NCBI GenBank assembly: GCA_900546645.1
Contig: URDR01000004.1
Coordinates: 1,589 to 65,588, forward strand
Direction of reading: 5' to 3'
From: an uncultured Bacteroides sp.
GTDB taxonomy: Bacteria > Bacteroidota > Bacteroidia > Bacteroidales > Bacteroidaceae
Length of the DNA: 64,000 nt
Within the stretch, counting starts at the first letter, position 1. Each line of letters starts with the position of its first letter. Of the stretch, positions 38,668 to 49,318 are shown one piece after another. A model generated the notes under the pieces. It saw only the letters and a list, made by a program, of their open reading frames with translations, did no database searches and was not told where the DNA came from. The position numbers and the translations under genes were made by a program.

Positions 38668-39777
38668 TTATTTGGGAGCTTTCCGGTATAAGTAAACGGC
38701 AATGCCTAAATAGAGGATATTGGGTATCCATACAGCAAGATTCGGGTGCATATTCCCATTGATGGCAAAGGTAGATGAGATGGTCTGGAAAAGGATGTAT
38801 GAAAAACTGAGTCCGATTCCGATACCCAAGTGGAGTCCCATTCCTCCTTTGCGCTTTTGGGAAGACAAGGATAGCCCGATAACCGTCAGGATGAACGCAG
38901 CAAACGACATGGCAATGCGGCGGTAATATTCCACTTCGAAGACCTTGATGTTTGCGAATCCGCGTTTTTTCTGCTTGTCGATGTATTCACGAAGCTGGCG
39001 GCTGGTCATGGTTTCCTGCTGTCCGCGCTTAATGAGGAAGTCTTGCGGTTCCATATTGATGGTAGAGTCGATACGTTCCCCTTTTGTGATGATTTCGCGC
39101 ATGCCTTTCATTTCACGTATCATGTAGTCTTTGATAATCCACCGGTGTACGCCTGTGGTATCGTAGGTAATACGTCGTGCTGTCAAGTGAGAAACCAGCT
39201 GGTGGTTTTCAAACTTGTCCAGTGAGAAGCGGTATCCGGTTTTATTGTAACCTTCGTAGCGTTCCATGTATGCCACTGTACCAGAATCGACTTCAAGCTG
39301 GATATTTCGTGCGTAATCAGATGAACGCTTGTTTTTGTAAATCCGTTCAAACTCAAGTCGGGTTACGCTTCCGGTAGGAATAATTTCAGTGCCCAGCACA
39401 TAAGTCACCGCAGCGATGATGGCAGCCGAAATCATGTAAGGTACCATGAGCCGCTTAAAGCTCATTCCTGTAGAGAACATGGCGATAATCTCCGAATTTT
39501 CCGCTAACTTTGACGTGAAGAAGATAACCGCGATAAACACAAACAAGGGACTGAACAGGTTGGTGTAATAGGGGATGAAGTTCAGGTAATAATCGAATGC
39601 GATGGCACTGATAGGAGCTTTGTTTTTGATGAAATCATCAATGTTTTCATTGATGTCAAAAACTACGGCGATTGAAATAATCAGAGCTATGGCAAAGAAG
39701 TAGGTACCCAGGAACTTGACGATGATGTACCGGTCAAGCCTTTTCAGCCACTTTTTCTTAAAAAGGTTTTCCTTCAT
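38668..39777 (-). CDS. LptF/LptG-family LPS export permease
   Basis: LDRYI, SEIIAM.S.G.S..RL..P, 3+3 TM layout, WIPN. Confidence 0.92.
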   Translation of the reverse strand: MKENLFKKKWLKRLDRYIIVKFLGTYFFAIALIISIAVVFDINENIDDFIKNKAPISAIAFDYYLNFIPYYTNLFSPLFVFIAVIFFTSKLAENSEIIAMFSTGMSFKRLMVPYMISAAIIAAVTYVLGTEIIPTGSVTRLEFERIYKNKRSSDYARNIQLEVDSGTVAYMERYEGYNKTGYRFSLDKFENHQLVSHLTARRITYDTTGVHRWIIKDYMIREMKGMREIITKGERIDSTINMEPQDFLIKRGQQETMTSRQLREYIDKQKKRGFANIKVFEVEYYRRIAMSFAAFILTVIGLSLSSQKRKGGMGLHLGIGIGLSFSYILFQTISSTFAINGNMHPNLAVWIPNILYLGIAVYLYRKAPK

Positions 39778-39796
39778 GAGTGTTCAGATATTCTTT

Positions 39797-40927
39797 TTAT
39801 AGTCTCGTAGAAAGACGTTTTACCATCATGGGTTTCCATATTGCAAAATCGCCGGCAATGATATGTTTGCGGGCTTCACCCACCAGCCAGAGGTAAAAGG
39901 CAAGGTTGTGGATAGAGGCTATTTGCATGGCAAGGAGTTCTTGTGCGTGGAACAGATGACGCAGGTAAGCACGGCTATACATGGTATCCACGTAAGAGGC
40001 TCCGTCGGCTTCAATGGGGGCATAATCTTTTTCCCATTTTTTGTTTCGCATGTTCATGATACCGTCTTTCGTGAAAATCATGCCGTTTCGTCCGTTACGG
40101 GTAGGCATTACACAGTCGAACATATCTACTCCGCGTTCTATTCCTTCAAGGATATTTACGGGAGTACCCACTCCCATGAGGTATCGGGGTTTATCCTTGG
40201 GAAGAATTTCATTGACCACTTCAATCATTTCGTACATCTTCTCGGTAGGTTCTCCTACAGCAAGTCCTCCGATGGCATTGCCGTCGGCTCCCTTGGAGGC
40301 GATGTACTCGGCAGAGCGGCGTCGAAGATCGGGATAAACACAGCCTTGTACGATGGGGAAGAGCGACTGGTTATAGCCATATTTCGGTTCGGTTTCATTG
40401 AACCGGGTGATACAGCGGTCTAGCCAGCGGTGGGTCAGTTCCATAGAGTTCTTGGCATAGTTATAATCGGAAGTTCCCGGAGCACATTCATCGAAAGCCA
40501 TCATGATATCCGCTCCGATGGTACGCTCGATGTCCATGACACGCTCTGGAGTAAACAGATGCTTGGAGCCGTCGATGTGGGAGCGGAACTCTACGCCTTC
40601 CTCTCTCATCTTGCGTATGCCGGAAAGAGAAAATACTTGAAAGCCTCCGCTGTCGGTCAGCATAGGGCGGTCGAATCCGTTGAACTTATGCAATCCTCCG
40701 GCTCCTTCAATAACATCCAGTCCTGGGCGCAGATAAAGATGATAGGTGTTTCCCAAGATAATCTGGGCTTTGATATCCTCTTTTATCTCATGCAGATGTA
40801 CTCCTTTAACAGAACCCAATGTTCCTACGGGCATGAAAATCGGTGTTTCTATCTGTCCGTGGTCGGTGGTAATCAGACCCGCACGTGCATTGGAGCGCGG
40901 GTCTGTATATTGTAATTCAAATTTCAT
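39797..40927 (-). CDS. tgt: tRNA-guanine transglycosylase
   Basis: TPIFMPVGT, NTYHL, TDSGGFQ, DCVMPTR. Confidence 0.97.
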   Translation of the reverse strand: MKFELQYTDPRSNARAGLITTDHGQIETPIFMPVGTLGSVKGVHLHEIKEDIKAQIILGNTYHLYLRPGLDVIEGAGGLHKFNGFDRPMLTDSGGFQVFSLSGIRKMREEGVEFRSHIDGSKHLFTPERVMDIERTIGADIMMAFDECAPGTSDYNYAKNSMELTHRWLDRCITRFNETEPKYGYNQSLFPIVQGCVYPDLRRRSAEYIASKGADGNAIGGLAVGEPTEKMYEMIEVVNEILPKDKPRYLMGVGTPVNILEGIERGVDMFDCVMPTRNGRNGMIFTKDGIMNMRNKKWEKDYAPIEADGASYVDTMYSRAYLRHLFHAQELLAMQIASIHNLAFYLWLVGEARKHIIAGDFAIWKPMMVKRLSTRL

Positions 40928-43443
40928 TGTTTTTTCTCTTTCTTATCGTCGGTTAGTGTAAAGTCTATCGCATCAGCAACTTTCTCATCGGTTAAAGCCA
41001 AGTCAAGCACATCTTTAATGTCTTTCACATAATGGAAGGTTACTCCCTGCAGATATATCGGCTGGATTTCTTCAATATCTTTCCGGTTTTCCTCACACAA
41101 GATAATGTCTTTGATGCCAGCCCGTTTTGCTGCCAGAATTTTCTCTTTGATTCCACCCACCGGCAGTACCTTTCCTCTCAGGGTGATTTCTCCGGTCATG
41201 GCGAGGTTTGGTTTTACTTTCCGCTGGGTCAGAGCCGAAGCAAGTGAAGTAACCATGGTGATACCGGCAGAAGGTCCGTCTTTCGGAATAGCTCCTTCGG
41301 GTACGTGGATGTGGATGTTCCAGTTGTCAAAGATGCCTTCCGGCAAGTTCAGAAGGTGGCTGTGGGCTTTGATGTATTCCAAGGCAAGCATAGCCGATTC
41401 TTTCATGACATCCCCCAAGTTTCCGGTCAGAGTAAGGGGAGCTCCTTTTCCTTTGCTCAAACTGGTTTCAACAAACAGAATCTCACCACCTACGGCAGTC
41501 CATGCCAGTCCGGTTACCACACCGGCATAGTCATTGCCCTGGTATTTGTCGCGTGAGTATTCAGGAGTACCCAGATACGTTTTAATGTCGGCTGGCTTCA
41601 AGTCATGCTGTCCGATGAACTTATCGCTGGCTATTTCTAATGCGATTTTCCGCATGACCTTGCTGATTTTCTTTTCAAGCTCACGAACCCCACTTTCACG
41701 GGTGTAGTTCTCAACGATATATTCGATAGCCGCTTTGCTGAACTTGACATGCTCTTTTTTCAGTCCGTTCGCTTCCATTTCCTTAGGAATGAGGTGGCGG
41801 CGTGCGATTTCTATCTTTTCTTCGGTAATGTAACCGCTTACCTCAATCAGCTCCATACGGTCGAGCAGAGGAAGAGGAATGGCGCCCAAGTTATTGGCTG
41901 TGGCAATGAACATGACGTTCGATAAATCGTAATCAATGTCAATATAGTTGTCATGGAACGTATTGTTTTGTTCCGGGTCAAGCACTTCAAGCATAGCGGA
42001 GCTCGGGTCGCCCTGGCGGTCACTACTCAGCTTGTCTATTTCATCTAAAATGATGACCGGATTGGAACTTTCGGCTTTGATCAGACTTTTGATGATACGT
42101 CCCGGCATGGCTCCTATGTATGTTTTGCGGTGACCTCTGATTTCAGCCTCATCGTGTACACCTCCCAAGGACATACGCACGTATTTGCGTTTCAGTGAAG
42201 CAGCAATGGAGCGTCCTAAAGAGGTTTTACCGACTCCTGGAGGACCATAAAGGCAGATGATGGGTGACTTCAGGTCGCCTTTCAGCTTTAATACGGCAAG
42301 GTGTTCCAGGATACGCTCTTTTACTTTTTCAAGTCCATAATGGTCTTTATTCAAAATTTTTTCGGCATTAGGGATGTTGATGACATCATTGGTGTAAACA
42401 TCCCACGGCAAAGCCAGCAAAGTCTGCAGATAAGTTATCTGAACATTATAGTCGGGCGACTGCGGATTGATGCGTTCCAGTTTGGTTACTTCGCGTTCGT
42501 AGATTTCAGCAACCTCTTTTCTCCATTTTTTGCCTTTCCCTTTTTTGCGTAACTCTTCTATTTCGTCATTCTGACCATTTCCCAGTTCATCTTGTATGTT
42601 CTTGATTTGCTGCTGGAGAAAATATTCACGCTGCTGGCGGTCGAGCTCCTCACGGGTACGCATCTGGATGTTTTGTTTCAGAGTAGCCAGCTGTACCTCC
42701 TTGTTGAGCACTTGGATTAAACGGTACATACGTTCCTTCAGCGAATCTTGCTCAAGTAGCGAGAACTTGTCTTCAAGGCTGAAGGGGAAGTTGGCACAAA
42801 TAAAGTTGACAAATACATCTACGGCATCAATGTTTTTCAAGGCGAAAGAAGTGTCCGGACTCATTTGGTCTGATAATTCCAAGAGCTTGGTACTCAGCTC
42901 GCGGCATGAATCAATCAAAGCTTTGGTTTCTTCATTTTTTTCGAGCATGTTATTTTCTTCAATGACGCTGACTTTTCCTTTGAGGAAAGAGCGGGTTGAA
43001 GTGATTTCGTCGATGTGCACTTTAGGTCCATTCGCCTGAAGGATAACCGTGGTGTTTCCTCCTGACATTTCAAATATGCGGAGAACCTTTCCTACCACAG
43101 CAACGGGGTACAGGTCTTTGAATCCGGGGTTTTCAACTTCAACCAGTCGCTGGGTAGCAATTACGATGGAGCGCTTGTTGTTGAATGCCGAGTTGACCAA
43201 TTTCAAAGTGCTTTGCCGCCCTACGGTAACCGGCATTACCACTGAAGGAAATATAATCATGTTTCGTAACGTCATGACAGGGATTTCCTCGTTCAGTTCT
43301 TCCGGCATAACTTCTTCAGGGGTAGTAACTATTTCGGTCAGCATGGATATATCTTCGCCTTCCCGACCTGTCGATATGTTTCTTTTTCTGGTTTTCTTTA
43401 TCATAACTATTCTCGTGTCTTGTTCTTTTAAAATAGGTTTCAT
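40924..43443 (-). CDS. lon: ATP-dependent protease La (start uncertain: 43443, 43404 or 43344)
   Basis: GPPGVGKTS, DEAEIRGHR, PKDGPSAG (catalytic Ser), GGIKEK. Confidence 0.97.
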   Translation of the reverse strand: MKPILKEQDTRIVMIKKTRKRNISTGREGEDISMLTEIVTTPEEVMPEELNEEIPVMTLRNMIIFPSVVMPVTVGRQSTLKLVNSAFNNKRSIVIATQRLVEVENPGFKDLYPVAVVGKVLRIFEMSGGNTTVILQANGPKVHIDEITSTRSFLKGKVSVIEENNMLEKNEETKALIDSCRELSTKLLELSDQMSPDTSFALKNIDAVDVFVNFICANFPFSLEDKFSLLEQDSLKERMYRLIQVLNKEVQLATLKQNIQMRTREELDRQQREYFLQQQIKNIQDELGNGQNDEIEELRKKGKGKKWRKEVAEIYEREVTKLERINPQSPDYNVQITYLQTLLALPWDVYTNDVINIPNAEKILNKDHYGLEKVKERILEHLAVLKLKGDLKSPIICLYGPPGVGKTSLGRSIAASLKRKYVRMSLGGVHDEAEIRGHRKTYIGAMPGRIIKSLIKAESSNPVIILDEIDKLSSDRQGDPSSAMLEVLDPEQNNTFHDNYIDIDYDLSNVMFIATANNLGAIPLPLLDRMELIEVSGYITEEKIEIARRHLIPKEMEANGLKKEHVKFSKAAIEYIVENYTRESGVRELEKKISKVMRKIALEIASDKFIGQHDLKPADIKTYLGTPEYSRDKYQGNDYAGVVTGLAWTAVGGEILFVETSLSKGKGAPLTLTGNLGDVMKESAMLALEYIKAHSHLLNLPEGIFDNWNIHIHVPEGAIPKDGPSAGITMVTSLASALTQRKVKPNLAMTGEITLRGKVLPVGGIKEKILAAKRAGIKDIILCEENRKDIEEIQPIYLQGVTFHYVKDIKDVLDLALTDEKVADAIDFTLTDDKKEKKQ

Positions 43444-43599
43444 TTAGATTGAAACGGGTACAAAGTTAGTGATTTTGACGGAAACAGAAAAAAAAGTAAC
43501 GACTCAAACCTTTAATATTCGTGAATATCGGTCTGATAGTTGGCTGTATTTTGAGATTTGTATATTTTTGCTCTTGATAAAACAGAGATGAGTAAATAA

Positions 43600-44313
43600 A
43601 TGTCGAATCCTTTTTTTAAGTTTAAACGTTTTACGGTTTACCATGACCGCTGTGCGATGAAAGTGGGCACAGACGGAGTTTTGCTGGGTGCTTGGGCTGA
43701 TGTGGCAGGAGTACGTTCGGTTTTGGATGTAGGTACAGGTACAGGGTTGATAGCCTTGATGCTATCGCAGCGGTGTGATGCAGATATTCAGGCGATTGAC
43801 ATTGATAAGGATGCGGTGATTCAAGCCTGCGAGAATGTGCGAAACTCACCTTGGCCGGAGCAGATTGCAGTGCAGCAGGGAGATGTGCGGAAGTTTGCAG
43901 AAGAATGTGGCAGAAGGTTTGATTTAATAGTGTCTAATCCTCCTTACTTTACAGAAAAGGTAATGTGTCCGGAACAGCGCCGGAATGCTGCACGCCACAC
44001 CGAGGGGCTCGCTTTCTCTGAACTGATAGCGGCGGTGTCGGTTTTATTGGCTGGGCAAGGGCGTTTTTCCGTCATCCTTCCTTCGGCGGCAGCTCCTGAT
44101 TTTATTGCGGAAGCCACTCGGCAGGGGCTGTATCTTCATTGCCAGGTATGGGTGCATACGAAACCCGGCGCCGAGCCCAAGCGGGTGTTGATGACTTTCA
44201 AAAAAGAAGAAATTGCTTCGGCAGAGGTGGGGCATCTCACCATCGAGCTGGAGCGTCATGTTTATGCCCCTGAGTTTTTAGCTCTGGTCAAAGATTATTA
44301 CCTGTATCTGTAA
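43600..44313 (+). CDS. tRNA1(Val) adenine(37)-N6-methyltransferase (YfiC/TrmN6-like)
   Basis: FKFKRF, MKVGTDGVLLGAW, DVGTGTG, SNPPYF. Confidence 0.9.
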   Translation: MSNPFFKFKRFTVYHDRCAMKVGTDGVLLGAWADVAGVRSVLDVGTGTGLIALMLSQRCDADIQAIDIDKDAVIQACENVRNSPWPEQIAVQQGDVRKFAEECGRRFDLIVSNPPYFTEKVMCPEQRRNAARHTEGLAFSELIAAVSVLLAGQGRFSVILPSAAAPDFIAEATRQGLYLHCQVWVHTKPGAEPKRVLMTFKKEEIASAEVGHLTIELERHVYAPEFLALVKDYYLYL

Positions 44314-44366
44314 AACAGTGTCAGGCACGGAACGGAATTGATTTTCCGCACCTGACTTCTGTTGTT

Positions 44367-45401
44367 TTATTTTTTAGAAAGTTTTCTTAGCAGATTCTGG
44401 TTGAGCGTAAGAAGTTGCCGGTGTTTTTCTGCAATGCTCGATGAAATCGGTCTTCGTCCGATAAAATCGGTGACATGTTGCAGGATGCTGGTGGGCTGTC
44501 CGCACATCAGCTTCGGGTTCAGCGGGGCAATGACTTTCAGACCTTGATGTACGATTTTCACCTCCAAGTCTTTTCCTCCCATAGCCGGGTCACCGTCAAA
44601 GTGGAATACTCCCTCTGCGGTGCGGTGGATAACAATACGGTCATCGCGCATGGTCTTGATACGGCTGTTCTGGTCGATTGTCTTGTTGAAGAGCTGGAAA
44701 GAAAGCGAGGGGACATCAAGTACCGTAAAAGGTTCGAGAATTGTAATATCCATCATGCCGTCGGTAAGTGAGGCTTGCGGAGCAATATAGGCATTGTTTC
44801 CATACTGTGACGCATTGGCGCAAGCTATGAGAAAAGCCTTGTAGCGTACGGTCCCGGCAGAGTTTTCTATTTCATACGTTTCAGGACGGTAAGTCAGGCT
44901 TTCATGGAGCGTATTTTCCAGATAAGTAAGCAGTCCGCGTCGGCCCGAATCAGCAAACTTCAGGCTGACAAAGGCATCAAATCCCACACCGCACGTGCAA
45001 AAGAACGGATGGCCGTCAATGATTCCGTAGTCGATGTTTTTAGTGATGCCTGTATTTAAAATATGAATTGCTTTTTTAGGGTCGAGGGGAATGCGCAGAT
45101 GTCGTGCCAATCCATTCCCTGACCCACAGGGAATGATTCCCAGTGCAGTTTGAGACTGAATCAGTGCTTTTCCTATTTCGTTGATTGTTCCGTCTCCCCC
45201 GATGGCCACCACCATGTCTGCCTGTTCGTTTACAGCTTGGGCAGCGATTTCGGTAGCATGTCCGGCATATTGAGTCTTACGGATGGTATATTCATACCGT
45301 GAATGGTCTAATACATTTTCTATTAATTGAAGAATAGCCTCTTTGCCATTTGTTCCCGAAATGGGGTTGACAACGAATATGATACGTTTTTTTTGCTCCA
45401 T
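44367..45401 (-). CDS. YegS/DAG/sphingosine-kinase-family lipid kinase
   Basis: NPISG, GGDGT, GSGNGLA, GFDA, YGNN. Confidence 0.92.
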   Translation of the reverse strand: MEQKKRIIFVVNPISGTNGKEAILQLIENVLDHSRYEYTIRKTQYAGHATEIAAQAVNEQADMVVAIGGDGTINEIGKALIQSQTALGIIPCGSGNGLARHLRIPLDPKKAIHILNTGITKNIDYGIIDGHPFFCTCGVGFDAFVSLKFADSGRRGLLTYLENTLHESLTYRPETYEIENSAGTVRYKAFLIACANASQYGNNAYIAPQASLTDGMMDITILEPFTVLDVPSLSFQLFNKTIDQNSRIKTMRDDRIVIHRTAEGVFHFDGDPAMGGKDLEVKIVHQGLKVIAPLNPKLMCGQPTSILQHVTDFIGRRPISSSIAEKHRQLLTLNQNLLRKLSKK

Positions 45402-45585
45402 ATTTTTGGTTTTCTCCTGAAACTTTGAAGCGCAAAATTAATATTCTTAAAATAAAAGTCCACATTTTTTGCAGATATTTGCTTGAATATTGAGTTTTTT
45501 CGTTCTGTTAGCGTCGGTTTTGGGATAAAATTATTATCTTTGCACGATTTTTCAATTTTGGGAGAAAAAGTTATATTATTATAAT

Positions 45586-46773
45586 ATGGGATTGTTACAA
45601 GATAAATTAAGTAAATTCAGGGTGCCTCAAATGTATATGGAGAGAGGCGTTTATCCTTATTTCCGTGAGATAGATAGTGCCCAGGATACAGAGGTATTCA
45701 TGGACGGAAAGAAAGTGTTAATGTTCGGCTCGAACTCATATATGGGGCTGACTCATGATGACAGAATTATAGAGGCGGCTATTGCGGCAACCCGCAAATA
45801 CGGTACAGGTTGTGCCGGATCACGTTTGCTGAACGGAACGCTTGATATTCATGTTGAACTGGAGAAAGAACTTGCTGAGTTTGTGGGCAAGGATGAGGCT
45901 CTTTGTTTTTCAACAGGCTTTACTGTAAATGAAGGTGTTATTCCTCAATTAGTGGGACGTGGAGATTATATCATCTGTGATGACCGTGACCATGCTTCTA
46001 TCGTAGATGGTCGCCGTCTTTCTTTTGCCACTCAGTTGAAATATAAACATAACGACATGGAGGCTTTGGAAAAGGAATTGCAGAAATGCGAGCCTGATGC
46101 CATTAAGCTGATTGTGGTGGACAGCGTATTCTCTATGGAAGGAGATTTGGCTAATCTTCCGGAGATTATCCGCTTAAAGAAGAAATACAATGCGAGTGTT
46201 TATGTAGATGAAGCTCATGGTTTGGGTGTATTCGGACGTGAAGGCCGTGGTGTATGTGATCATTTTGGAGTGACTGAAGATGTGGATTTGATTATGGGTA
46301 CCTTCAGTAAGTCGCTGGCCTCAATCGGAGGTTTCGTGGCTGGTGATAAAGATACCATTAACTGGTTACGTCATAATGCCCGTTCTTATATATTCCAGGC
46401 AAGTAATACGCCGGCAGCTACAGCTGCAGCCAGAGAGGCTATCCGTATCTTCAAGACTGAGCCGGAACGCCAGAAAAACTTGTGGACGATTACAAACTAT
46501 GCGTTGAAGACTTTCCGTGATGCCGGATTCGAAATCGGTGAAACCGAAAGTCCGATTATTCCGCTTTACGTGCGCGATACAGACAAGACCTTCGAAGTTA
46601 CTAAATTGGCTTTTGATGAAGGCGTATTCATCAATCCGGTAATTCCTCCCGCTTGTGCTCCTCAGGACACTTTGGTTCGTTTTGCTTTGATGGCAACTCA
46701 CACGAAAGAGCAGGTTGACTTTGCTATTGAGAAGCTGATTAAATGTTTCAAGCAGTTGGATCTTTTGAAATAA
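45586..46773 (+). CDS. spt: Serine palmitoyltransferase (alpha-oxoamine synthase)
   Basis: GVYPYFR, GSNSYMGL, DHAS, DEAH, GTFSKS PLP lysine; divergent from a lipid kinase as at Bacteroides spt loci. Confidence 0.85.
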   Translation: MGLLQDKLSKFRVPQMYMERGVYPYFREIDSAQDTEVFMDGKKVLMFGSNSYMGLTHDDRIIEAAIAATRKYGTGCAGSRLLNGTLDIHVELEKELAEFVGKDEALCFSTGFTVNEGVIPQLVGRGDYIICDDRDHASIVDGRRLSFATQLKYKHNDMEALEKELQKCEPDAIKLIVVDSVFSMEGDLANLPEIIRLKKKYNASVYVDEAHGLGVFGREGRGVCDHFGVTEDVDLIMGTFSKSLASIGGFVAGDKDTINWLRHNARSYIFQASNTPAATAAAREAIRIFKTEPERQKNLWTITNYALKTFRDAGFEIGETESPIIPLYVRDTDKTFEVTKLAFDEGVFINPVIPPACAPQDTLVRFALMATHTKEQVDFAIEKLIKCFKQLDLLK

Positions 46774-46834
46774 CCGAAGTTTTTCATGTTGCGGTGAGGA
46801 TATGTTGAAGTGCGCCCACCGTTGTTTATATAAT

Positions 46835-46879
46835 AAAAAAGTAGAACCCCTGGTGAATCATCCGGGGGTTCTACTTTTT
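46835..46879. terminator. Bidirectional terminator
   Basis: aaaaagtagaacccc/ggggttctacttttt between convergent genes. Confidence 0.88.
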
Positions 46880-46927
46880 ATGTCATTCCTTAAAGAACGT
46901 ATCGTTTCAGTAGGGTAGGTAGGATTG

Positions 46928-47743
46928 TTATGCGTTTGCCAAGAAGAATTTTTCTACAGCATAAGCCACTCCGTCTTCTTCGTTGGAGAGGGTAATGAAA
47001 TCGGCATTTTCTTTTACAATGTCTTGTGCGTTTTCCATGGCAATACCCAGACCGGCATATTTAATCATAGATAAGTCATTGAAACCGTCGCCGATGGCAA
47101 TCATTTCGTCTTTGGTCATCCCAATTTCTTTCAGCAGGACAGAGAGCGACTGTGCCTTGTCTATTCCCTTAGGTACCAGTTCAAGGAAGTAAGGTTCTGA
47201 GCGGAAAACTCCCATGCGGTCTTTCAGATGTTCATACATCTCTTTTTCGAGTACGGCCAGACGGGTGGGTTCACCCACAATCAGGCATTTGGCAATGGGG
47301 TGTTTAACTGCATCTAAGAAATTAGCCACCTTTTTGGTCTTCATGACATTCAGAATGGCTTCTTTTTGTACATATTCATCATCGGGGTGTTCTGTCAGCA
47401 CATATTCTCCATCATAGGTTAAAATGGCAAAATCATTCTGTTTGGCACATTGGTAAAGATAGGGGAGAACATCGTGGTCAAGCAGGTTTTTATACATTAA
47501 TTCCCCTGTTTTCCAGTCGATGATTTCTCCGCCGTTATATGAAAGAATGTAGCCTTCATATTTCTGCAGTTCCAGTTTCTCAGCCAGTGGTGCTATCCCA
47601 TAGGTGGGGCGTCCTGAAGCGAGGACTATTTTCAGCCCTTTTTCTTGTGCCTGAATCAGGGTCTGGCGTGTGTGTTCTGTTATTTCCTTTTTTTTGTTGG
47701 TAAGTGTTCCGTCCAAATCCAGGACGAGCAATTTGTATTTCAT
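46928..47743 (-). CDS. Cof-type HAD-IIB hydrolase
   Basis: DLDGTL, ASGR, GDGFNDLSM. Confidence 0.93.
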   Translation of the reverse strand: MKYKLLVLDLDGTLTNKKKEITEHTRQTLIQAQEKGLKIVLASGRPTYGIAPLAEKLELQKYEGYILSYNGGEIIDWKTGELMYKNLLDHDVLPYLYQCAKQNDFAILTYDGEYVLTEHPDDEYVQKEAILNVMKTKKVANFLDAVKHPIAKCLIVGEPTRLAVLEKEMYEHLKDRMGVFRSEPYFLELVPKGIDKAQSLSVLLKEIGMTKDEMIAIGDGFNDLSMIKYAGLGIAMENAQDIVKENADFITLSNEEDGVAYAVEKFFLANA

Positions 47744-47833
47744 AAGCAATTATCGAACTTTTTTCATTCGCAAAGATAGCAAATATTCTAAGTTTTTTCT
47801 ATCTTTAAAATGGATTATAAAATAAGACTTGAA

Positions 47834-48496
47834 ATGAATATTTACATCGACTTTAGTTTGAGGTTATTTGTGGCGGGACTGATGGGGGTATTGATAGGGC
47901 TGGAGCGTGAATACCGTGCCAAAGAGGCAGGGTATCGCACTCATTTTCTGGTGGCTCTAGGGAGTGCACTGATGATGATTGTTTCGCAGTATGGATTTAT
48001 GGATGTACTGGAAAAAGATCTGGTCCGGTTAGACCCTAGCCGTTTGGCTGCACAGGTGGTGAGCGGAATAGGCTTTATCGGTGCGGGTACGATTATCTTA
48101 TTGCAGAAGCAGGTGGTACGAGGGCTGACTACTGCAGCTGGTGTATGGGCTACATCGGGCATCGGACTGGCAGTAGGAGCGGGGATGTATGCCATCGGAA
48201 TAACCGCAACGGTTCTGGTGCTGGTGGGACTTGAAACGCTGAGCCATTGTTTCAAGAGTATCGGCATGCGGAATATGATTATAGAGTTTTCTACCAAGGA
48301 TGGGAACGTATTAAAGGCAGTTTCATCGAAGTTTGCTTCAGCGAATTATCAGATTACCTCCTACGAAATGAACGAGGAAGCTCAGGGATGCTATCGGGTA
48401 ACGATGATCGTCAAAGCCAGGCGTATGAATGGGGAAGGGGTGTTGCTGATGCTTCTCCATGATTTTCCGGAGTTGACGGTAAACCGCATCGTGTAA
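47834..48496 (+). CDS. MgtC/SapB family membrane protein
   Basis: IGLERE, AGYRTH, RLAAQVVSGIGFIGAG, GLTTAA. Confidence 0.92.
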   Translation: MNIYIDFSLRLFVAGLMGVLIGLEREYRAKEAGYRTHFLVALGSALMMIVSQYGFMDVLEKDLVRLDPSRLAAQVVSGIGFIGAGTIILLQKQVVRGLTTAAGVWATSGIGLAVGAGMYAIGITATVLVLVGLETLSHCFKSIGMRNMIIEFSTKDGNVLKAVSSKFASANYQITSYEMNEEAQGCYRVTMIVKARRMNGEGVLLMLLHDFPELTVNRIV

Positions 48497-48643
48497 TTGA
48501 ATCTTGATTTGCTTCTTTCTTTTATCCATCATTTAGTTTCCGCAAAATCTCAGCTCGCAAGTTCCGCAAAATTTCAATTCGTTACCTTGTTATCTTGTAA
48601 CCTTGAAAGCGAACCAGCGAGCTGAGGTATAAATCATTTATGC

Positions 48644-49318
48644 TTATTTTGGCTCGCGGAATAAATACAATTTCAGCCCGAATGAAAAACGAAGGATATC
48701 TTTCATGGTCAACGCTTTGTTAGTCACCTTGCTGATGAGGTACATCTCGCACGTACTGATTTCATAGAAGGCAGAAATATTTCGCAATACCGGATGGGGA
48801 AGGTCAAAGCCTACACGCTGACCTATGAAAATATACGGACGCACCTTGGTGGATATATTATAATAGGAGTTCGGGTATCTTCCCGGCTCTTTCTTCCAGA
48901 ATTCCTCACCGGTTATGGTGGTCAGATAAAGTCCGGTGTAGAAAGGTTCGATGACCCACCGGTCTTTCAGCGTGATGCTCCATGGGATGTAGTTCTGCTT
49001 GACAGTAAAAGTCAGCTTGAACTCGTCGGCATATCTGGAGGGAAGATATCCTATCAGAAAATCAGTTTCCCACTGTCTCCGCTTTCCGTAATCCCATCCT
49101 ATCCCCAAAGAGGATACGCCCATCCCTCCGGCATATTGCCATTTAATATGCGTTGGCTTTAACTGCTGCCATCCCTTGTATTTCAGATGAACCCTTTTGT
49201 CCCAGCGGCGTGTTTGGGTAAAGGAAGAATCGTTTGCTGCGGCAGATTCAGGCTGTGCTCCATAAGAAGGAATGCAGGATATAAGTAGAAATATCAAATT
49301 AAAAATCAACAACTTCAT
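48644..49318 (-). CDS. Conserved exported/outer-membrane hypothetical protein
   Basis: Signal-like N-terminus; QYAGGMG..S.G.GWDYG; beta-strand pattern. Confidence 0.7.
   Translation of the reverse strand: MKLLIFNLIFLLISCIPSYGAQPESAAANDSSFTQTRRWDKRVHLKYKGWQQLKPTHIKWQYAGGMGVSSLGIGWDYGKRRQWETDFLIGYLPSRYADEFKLTFTVKQNYIPWSITLKDRWVIEPFYTGLYLTTITGEEFWKKEPGRYPNSYYNISTKVRPYIFIGQRVGFDLPHPVLRNISAFYEISTCEMYLISKVTNKALTMKDILRFSFGLKLYLFREPK

Noticed and set aside
48536..48606. Imperfect ttccgcaaaat direct repeat and 8-bp periodic tract
   Set aside because: Two degenerate copies between convergent genes; no functional evidence
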